From: Octopus bimaculoides
Taxonomy: Eukaryota
Length of the DNA stretch: 64,000 bases
Direction of reading: 5' to 3'
NCBI RefSeq assembly: GCF_001194135.2
Contig: NC_068984.1
Location: 23,422,742-23,486,741, forward strand
Below the pieces are notes generated by a model. It worked only from the letters and a program-made list of their open reading frames with translations. It was not told the origin of the DNA and did not search any database. Made by a program: the position numbers and the translations under genes. Within the stretch, counting starts at the first letter, position 1. The number at the start of each line of letters is the position of its first letter. Below, piece by piece: positions 39,300-49,100 of this stretch.

Positions 39300-42200
39300 T
39301 GTGTGTGTGTGTGTGTGTGCGTGCGTGTCAGTGTTTGTACCCTCACCATTACTTGACATCCGATGTTCCTGTGTTTACATTCCCATAACTTAGTGGTTCG
39401 GTAAAAGACAATGATAGAATAAGTACTAGGCTTGCAAAGAATAAATCCTGTGGTCGATTTGTTTGACCAACGGTGGTGCTCCAACATGGCCACAGTCACA
39501 TGACTGAAACAAGTAAAACAATAAAAAGACTATGCCATTTTAATCCTGAGCAAGGCCGAGTATCTCTGCTAGTTCTAAATAAAGACAATAACCTCATCGA
39601 AATCTCAAAGGTATGAGACAATACATGATTAATTCAAAACAATGTGAATAAATAAGTATTAGATTTGGTAGAGTAACTTGAATGCTAATGGGTTAAGTAA
39701 AATTCTAACACAGTTTTTTGCATAATTCTGGCCCATTTTTATAAATAGTGTCTTGTATCACTTAATGAAAACTTTATTAAACTTCACAACAGCACAATAT
39801 CTTCAAATGAAATTGAGGAAGAACTTTAGATGAATGACTGAAAGAATCTAGTAACAAAATTGTATTGAAGATAAAATATTATCATACTGACCTGAAAAGA
39901 GAAGAGTCCTAAGTTCAATTCTTTCTTTTTCTAAGTGATCTTCTGTAAAGCAAATACTCAAATTTAATAATATATCTTGATGTTTACTTTTTACATATAT
40001 GTGTAAGTGATGCTTAGCCCTTGGTCAGCCCTGATTGAGCATATTCATGATCAAAGACATTTCAGCTATGACATTCCCTCGTTTTAAGAGTATCTAGGAC
40101 TACATTATCAACTATGTTCTTCCCTTTTTTTTTAAGGCATTGAAAGATGACTTAAAGGATATCTGATTGCTATTTCTAGCAGATTAAGCAACTACTTTAA
40201 TGTTCTTTCATTGGCCCTTGATGTGTAAATGATGTATATCCAGAATGTGCTATTAATATACTTTTACACTCTCATCATCATCGTTTAACGCCCGCTTTCC
40301 ATTCCGGCATGGGTTGGATGGTTTGACTGAGGACTGGCAAACCAAGAGGCTGCACCAGGCTCCAATCTGATCTGGCAAATCTGGATGCCCTTCCTAACGC
40401 CAACTACTCTGAGAGTGCAGTGGGTGCATTTTACGTGTCACTGGCACAGGGACCAGTCAGGTGGTACAGGCATTGACTACCCTCGAATGGTGCTTTTTAT
40501 GTGCTACCAGCATGGGAGCCAGTCTTTTGAAACTGGCATTGACCATGCCTGAATGGTGCTTTTTACATGTCACTGGCACAGGAGCCAGTCAGGCAGCACT
40601 GGCAATGACCATACTCGAATGGTGCATTTTACATGCTACCAGCACAGGACAAGTCAGGTGGACTGGCATCAACCACACTCATATGGTGCTTTTTAAGTGC
40701 CACCAGCATGGGAGCCAGTCTGGTGGGACTGGCATTGACCACACTCAAATGGTGCTTCTATTTCTACACAATTTATAAATACTGATTTCAAGTTTTGGCA
40801 CAAGGCCAGCAATTTTGGGGGAGGGCAAGTCGGTTACATTGACCCCCAGTGCTCAAGTGGTCCTTATTTTTTCAACCCAGAAAGGATGAAAGGCAAAATC
40901 AACTTCAGTAAAATTTGAACTCAGAAACTAAAGATGGACAAAACACCACTAAGCATTTTGTCTGGTGTGCTAATGATTCTGCCAGTTTGCTGCTTTACAA
41001 TCCATTAATATTATTGACATAATCATATTTCTAAAAGCTATGTCCTTGAATTTACTTGTGGCACATTCAAATATAATCCTAGTCAGGCCTTCATCAATTA
41101 ACTATGTCTATGATAAAAATGGCATTGCAAATGGGAAGGGTCAACTAAAATAAACAGTTACTTAAATAGTCACCACTTTAACATTCATTTTCCATGCTTG
41201 CACGGGTCAAACAGAATTCATTAAGATATATTTTCTACAGCCAGATGCTCGACTTGTTGCCAGCCCCTAATGGATTGGTAACACTACTGGTCACTAAGGT
41301 GGCAAACTGGCAGAATCAATTAGCATGCTGGGCAAAATGCTTAGCAGCATTTTGTCTGTCTTTATATTCTGAGTTCAAATGGCCCATCTCAATCTGTAGG
41401 AAAGAAATAAGAAGTAATTCCATTCACTGCACCAAATGTAAGCTATGGACACATATGAAATGCAGTGGAATCACAGGTAGATTAACAGGTAAAGTCACCT
41501 TTGTGTGTGGCAGATGTGCAGGAACAATAAGCATTAAGAGCACACAGGAGTTAGATTCTCTCAAATGTCCAGGAGGCTCTCTCGAGGTAGTAGATAGTTT
41601 CTGTTATCTAGGTGACCAAATTAGCAATGGGGTGGATGCTCTAAAAGTATTGTTTCTAGAATATGAATAGGATGGAGAAAGTTCAGAGAGTTATTACCTC
41701 TGTTGGCAACAAAAAGATGCTCTCTGAGAGAAAGGTAGACTGTATGATGCTAGTGTGTATGAACAGCTATACTCCATGGTAGTGAAACTTGGGCTCTGAA
41801 TGCAGAGGACATGCATAGAATAGAGAGAAATGAAGGCAGTATGCTCCGCTGGATGTGCAGCGTCAATGTGCATGAATGACAAAGTGCAAATGTGTTGAGA
41901 GAAAAGTTGGGCATAAGAGGAATGAAATATAGTATGCAAGAGAGGAGACTACATTGGTTTGAACATGTGATGCATATGAAATGAAGACAGCTGTATAAAG
42001 AAGTGCCAGTCACTGAAAGTGGATGGCACCTGTGGAAGAGGGAGACCCAGGAAGACATGGGATGAAGTGGTGAGGACTGATCTCAAGATGTTGGGACTCA
42101 CAGAGGAAATGACACTGAACCAAGATGTCTGGCAATATGAGGATCTAGAGAAGACCCACCCACGTCAGCAAACCAGAGTTCTAGAAGTGTTGTGTCCCAC

Positions 42201-45200
42201 AATAAAACAATCACACACCCTACCCCAACAAACCAAACTACACCCCCACATCCCTTCCCGAAGTTCTTCTTTTTTCTTCTTCACATTTCCTCTTCATACA
42301 CTATGATTATTTCCTACTCCCCAATCCAGCCCTTGCTACCCTACTCACTGCATCACTGCTTCCCCTGTCCCCTCCCCCTCTATATACCCAGATTCTCACC
42401 AGTCACAGCATTCCCCCTCCTGACTCACGACTCCTTGGTGATACCCTGCCAGCACCTGCCATAATTCACCTCCCTCTTCCTTGTTCAACCATTCCATCTA
42501 TGCCCTGATCCCTGTTCCTTGCAAGCATACCCTGGCACTTGTGTGTGTGTGTGCATGTGTGTGCGTGCACGTATGTATATGTATTAATAGTCATATAATT
42601 TATTGTTCACTTGTTTCAAATTTGACAGAATTTTTTTATAATTAATGTCAATATAGAGTTACTCACCATAAACTGAAGAATTTATCACAGGGAAACTATA
42701 AAAGAAATGCAATAAAATTGTTTGAAATTTCAAAAAGTGAACTCATTAATATTATACAGAAAAACACTATCACAAAAAGACTCTAACACATAGATAAACA
42801 ATCTCATACACATATACATTCAAATACAGTAATACCTCACTTTACAAGGACCTGCTTTACGACACCCTGGGTTTACAATTTTTATCTTTCAAGCACAAGA
42901 TTCAAATTTTGAATGAAGTGCAAAAGTTTCCCTTATCATAACAAATGCTTCTGCACATTACCAAGAAATTTATAGAGAGCAAAAAAAGCTTCTAAGCAAA
43001 CCACTCTGGACTTCTTTTAAAAAGAAATCTACAAATATGTCTACAAGTGCTCGTGAATTGGCGATCACATTTACAAGTGATGATGTGCGCAAGTCTAGTG
43101 TGAGTGAAAGTGATTCAGAAAACTATTATGATACTCTTTACTCTTTACTCTTTTTCTTGTTTCAGTCATTTGACTGTGGCCATGCTGAGCACCACCTTTA
43201 GTCGAGCAAATCGACCCCATAACTTATTCTTTGTAAGCCTAGTACTTATTCTATCAGTCTCTTTTGCCGAGCCACTAAGTTATGGAGATGTAAACACAAC
43301 AGCATCGGTTGTCAAGCAATGTTGGGGGAATAAACAGACACACATACATATATATATACATATATACGATGGGCTTCTTTCAGTTTCTGTCTACCAAATC
43401 CACTCACAAGGCTTTGGTCGGCTCGAGGCTATACTTGAAGACACTTGCCCAAGGTGCCACAGAGTGGGACTGAACCCGGAACCATGTGGTTGGTAAGCAA
43501 GCTACTTACCACACAGCCACTTATTATAAATGATCTTGACATTCTTTTTGCTTTACATGAAATATTCTTTACATTCTACTGTTGTTTTCTTACCATTTAT
43601 TTACAAATACCATAAATTGTATAGGTAAAATATTTTTCTGGGAACGAATTGTGATTTATAACATTGCTACTATGGGAAATTATTGCTTTGCTTTACAAGT
43701 TTTTACTTTACAAACACTCTTCAGGAACAAATTAACTTGTACATTGAGGCATAACTGTACATGCACACTCACAAAAGATATTATGACTCACATAGAGAGA
43801 TATTCATCTAGAGAGACACTAACTGGCACTCGATCAATTATGACAATGAGAGTTTCAATGAGAGTGCTCGTGAAGTTATTGTGCAAGAGGCTGAGTACTC
43901 CACAGACACGCGTATCGGGGCACTGGTGGACCTGGTTGGCTCTACACATGATTATGTCTCTGGGACCACTAACATGGGATGACCCCAAACCCATCAAGCA
44001 TGAGCAGAGAGAGAGAGATTTTTGAAACTTGAATTTTATATTCTGTGAAACGTATTTACTTTAAAATGACAGAGTAGAAAATTGTACAGCATATAGTGAG
44101 ACTGTACTTCCTCAAATTTAGGTGCACCAACATCAGGCAACACATGAAACTGTCAAAGCACCCCAGCTGGAGCAGTCTGCACCCACTTTCAATTCATGAT
44201 ACTGTCCCCTGCAGGAAATGACCATTGCCCTGACTGCTATGTTTTTGCTCTTTGAACTGTTTTCGTAGCTTGAAGTTCTTCCATGGACAGGGTGCTAGCC
44301 AAAAGCCCAATCACTTGTGTTTGGGAAATAGACTGTAAGTGGAGTTGTCTCTATTGACTGTTAGCCAAGGTCAACAAAGTACAGTGTGGGTTGCCTTCAA
44401 ACACAGACACTTAGTCTTCTTGAGATCCCTCCACTCTGGCTTTAGGGGGCACCTCCACAATCCATTTGGTGGTGCTGTGTCAATACCAGCCCATCATGTC
44501 CTTTAGCTCACCAGCTGAGATAGTGTACTAGAGTGTGGCACTGGGAACCAGCACATGTGAGATTTAGTGTGTGAGTGAAAACTAATGAGAGCCAGCCAGA
44601 GAGAGATGTGGCATACAATGAATTTAAATTTATTTTCAGGTGTAATTTGCCTTTTCTCCCTCACCAATTACAAAACCACAAATGAATATATCATGGTTGA
44701 TCCAACTAATTCTGTTGCCGCATACCTTACTTTTTTAGTAGACTTTTGACACCTGAGTAAAAAAACAAAACAATATTCACCTGCTGTGGTTAGAGGTACT
44801 GTTGCTAATGGAGGCGTTTGTAGACACAACCAATGGACCTTGACAAATAAAAGAAAACAGCATTAAAATGAACAAACAAACACTAAGTAAGCTTTGAAAG
44901 CAAGGGAGATTAAAAATAAGAGACTAACTTACCAACAAACAAACTTGCTGAAGCACCTAGAGTAAGAAACACATTAGCAATGGCAGTTGCTGTGAAACGT
45001 TGATGCATTGGAAACCAAGCTGAGGACAAAGCTGTGGAGGCTGAGATTGTAAATGGAGCTGCAAAGCCAATTATGATTTGGCCCACATTACTGAGCCTAA
45101 ATAAAAATAAAATTAAGATCACTTTGAATATTATTTAAGTTTATTATATTAAAAACTCATCTAAGAACTGATAACACCAACACATTTTAAATACAGTTAC

Positions 45201-46078
45201 AAAGAAAATACTATATTCCTCTCAAAGATCAGGCAAAAAAAGAAATAAAATATGGGTTAGTCTACCAATATTTCATGGTCTAGGTTGAACAGAGCTACTC
45301 CATTCAGCAACAGTTCAGAATAGTGTAAACTATGTTTAACTGAAAAACATTATATCATGGACCATTTCACACCAACAATGAACAGAAAAAATAAAACTAA
45401 TGTCAACACTACAAGGAAATTATGCTGAAGATCACTATGTCTAAATTGCAATATACTACAGTGAAATATATACATGATGATGATGATAGCTGTTCATTTG
45501 TAACCAAGCAAGACCATCACTGGTGATTTAGAACACCGTGCACTCAGACAATACTTTACACTTTTGGCCCCACTAGTGACTAATGAGCAGATATTGCAGA
45601 CCAAGCTTTTCCCTTTCACTGCACTAAGTTTAATTCCAAAATAAGGTTATGTATGTCTTAATCATTTTAAATTCCTATTCCTTTCGTGCTAGGGTGGCTG
45701 ATTCTACCATACACAATATATCAAACCCTCATAATTTTTAGTCTCTTTTCCGAGAGACATGACACCCAAATCTGACCTCACTTCTTCCCATGTATTGTCT
45801 GCTCTTCCTATACTACGACTCCCTTCAATTAACAGCACATGGTACATCAAACATTTTAACATTCACTTTTCTATGCTTGCACAGATCAGACAAAGTTTAT
45901 TGAGGCAAATTTCTATGGTCAGATGCCCTTTTTGTTGTCAACCATCACTTGTTTCCAAGCAAGGTGATATTTTTCCATGGCCAGACATGTTTATACAGAA
46001 TATTGGAAATGAATGACACTGTGTGTATGACTTATTTATACCTACCACACATTGTCAAGACAAGGAGATACAATGCTG

Positions 46079-46114
<36 letters not shown>

Positions 46115-49100
46115 GACACACATTCACAATAGGTATTTTCAGTTTTTGTCTATCAAATCCATTCACAAGGTTTTTGTCAGATTGCAACTATAGTAGAAGA
46201 CAGGTACCCAAGGTGATACGCACTGAGAGTGAACCCAAAATTGTGTGGCTGAGAAGCAAACTTCATAACCACACAGCCCCACACACACATATGTATGTAT
46301 GTATGTGGATGGATGGATGGATGGATGATGTTAACACATGGGCAGGGGCCTTGTCTTGACATTGTGCCATAGTTGTAAATGAGCAGGATTATTATAAAGC
46401 AATGTTGTTCAGTTCCAATATTGTGTGAAACAGGTCTGGTCACAAGAAAATATTACTTTACTTAGAAACAGGTGAGGGGTAGTGACAGCAAGAGCATCCG
46501 GTCATAGAAAACCTGTCTCAACAAATTTCATCTGATCCATACAAACATGGGAAAGTGGATGTTAAAATGATGATGATAACGAATGAATGAATCTCCCATA
46601 TTTTATGCTCATGTCACACTACCATACACCATATTTATATTCATACTTCCTACAGAATACTTCTTGCCACAAAGAAGCAACAGTTTCTGTAATTGTTCTA
46701 CCCTTTGCTTACCCTAGTTACTAAGCTTTCCCTACAACAACCTCCAGTAAGTCACAGACTTCATTTTATGGACACTCCCACTGTTAATTACTCCTAGAGT
46801 GTTGTTTCTCTGTCAGCCAGCCGGAGGATCCCATTCTACCTTTTGTGAACCCATTATACGCATTGAATACCCAAAGGCTATTTATGAGATGAGATTTTTT
46901 CCTATTAATTAGAACATTGGTCTTTACTAGGAGTACCTTCAGTGTTTTGGATTGTAGTCTGTGCTTCAGGATTATAGGATTTTGCTACAACTCTTTTGCT
47001 ATGAAAACCTATGAAAAATCAGAATTCTCATGCCACACCACCTCCCCACATACACACACACAAAAAATAATCAATCCAAAACTCTTTTTGTAGTCATAAA
47101 AATTATAATAAATAGCAGGTGGTACCTGAAAACAGAACCCTTGTGAAACATCAACCTGTATACTAAATTCCTCACTAAATTCACTACAATTTGTAACCTT
47201 CCTGGCAGAATTCTCGTTTATGGCTTGCACAACCTGCACAGCTTTTAGAGTAAGTATTGGACAAACAATTGAAAGAAAATGATTTACCAATAAATGTATG
47301 GGGTCTTTAATGTGATGCTTCTGATACCAGATCCAAGGAAAAGAGATAAAGAAGTGATGAGACATGTTGTCCGGAGTCCTTAAAAAAATACAAGGAGAAA
47401 TTTTTAAATATTAATTAAAATGTTAGAAATATTTTAAGCAGAGATTAGATAATTTGTGTAACATTAATCAGCAAGAAGATAGATCATATGGTATGAATTG
47501 AGTAGAAATTCAAATAAATTGGTAAAAACACTCTTCTGAGAAACAGTCCAAACGAAAGCAAAAAGAGACAGTGTAAACCAGTAGCTAGCAAAGTAGTTAT
47601 TATTGACCCTTGGGTGTGGGGGTCTATGTGGATTGATACTTCAACTATATCAAGGGGTTGATACTCCAACTATATCAATATATTAAAACTGTATTTTTAT
47701 TGATTTTTATTGATTTCATCAAGTATTTTCATTAAATTTCTTTAAATATTTCTTATTAAAAAGTAGCAATGACATAAAAAAACGAAGGAATTATTGAGTT
47801 TAAATCAAAAAATTTCTTATTACTTATGTGGTCTTTTAATTTTAATTTAGAAATTTACATGATTGGAGTCAATAAGTTATGAAGAGGGTCAATGATAAAA
47901 GAAATTTGCCAGCCTCTGGTGTAAACAATAAACTGGTAACAAGGATATTTTCAGAGATACAAACCTTTATTAAAAATCAACAAACTTTCAGAAGACTGGC
48001 TTGATAGTTTTTATTGAAGGCCCCTTCTAGAAATTTTTATTTTATTTTATTTTATTGCTAAATCAAGAGAAAGAGCAATGCTCATAATTCTTTACAGTGC
48101 CTCTAAGATTGGTGGGAGGGAGCAAGGGATCCTCAAATTGGAGACCTGACCTGAATCCTTGCAATAGACTGGACTCTGCTAAAGGTACTTAAGGACCAGG
48201 TGGCAGAGTTAATACAGGTGACAAGTTAAGTCTAACCACACAGGTAAGCCCATCAAAATGCAAAAAAAAGATGGAATAACTACTGCAAGATATCCTATTT
48301 ATATTCTATTAATTCAGTGAGTCCACCAACCAGGGCTAGTACTCATTTTATCAAGCTTCAGAAGATACAAGGCAAAGTTGACGATATGACTTTCTATTGA
48401 GTGAAGAGAAGAAAGCAGAATGAAGATATGCAACCCTCTATCACTCTGTCTGCCTATCTTACTCTCTAACTTTATTTCTCTTTTCTCTCCTTTCTCTTCC
48501 AGCTGGGGTAGCCAAGTATCTCCTTTATAGCAAGACACCTTTTACTATTCCTCTATTATACTTTAACCTTTCAACTGACACAAAGCCACTTCCCTCAATA
48601 CTACTTCCACTCCCAGTCAAGGGTCTTTGTCTTGCAAGTTACTTGGTAACCCCACCAATGTTGGTGCCACATTAAAAGTACCCAGTACACTCTGTAAAGT
48701 GATAGACATTAGGAAGGGCATCCAGCTGTAGAAGCCAAGCCAAAGCAGACAATGGAGTCTGGTATAGCTCTCTGGCTCACCAGCTCCAGTCAAACTATCT
48801 AACCCAAGCCAGATTATGGATGTCAAATAATGATGATAATGATGATAACAATGACAGTGAAGTGGCTGAGTAGACAAAGTATATTTGATTGACCGAATAA
48901 TGTGATGAGAGATCAGGTCTGCCACAGGCATTTCTTTAAGTCCCCAAATAACACACTTAATAAAGTAAATGCTGAAGTGCTGAAGTCAGTCAGATCAATT
49001 ATACCCACTCCTTCAGAATTTGTGAACTTGATGCATTTCTTAGCAATCATTACTATCAGCTGTATTATTAGGGTATTGTGGAGGTGCAATGGCCTAGTGG

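Noticed and set aside
40430-40760. CRISPR-like repeat-spacer array
   Set aside because: The units are degenerate tandem repeats without unique spacers, inside a eukaryotic retroposon.
44731-44752. Possible micro-exon with AG and gtaagg sites just after exon 4
   Set aside because: It would need an intron of about 28 nt and does not give the phase-1 end required by exon 6.
47484-47669. ORF with IITTLLATGLHCLF resembling TM3, as a possible alternative exon 2
   Set aside because: Poor pyrimidine tract, and its only donor is phase 0, which is incompatible with exon 3. The exon at 47288-47378 fits both phases.
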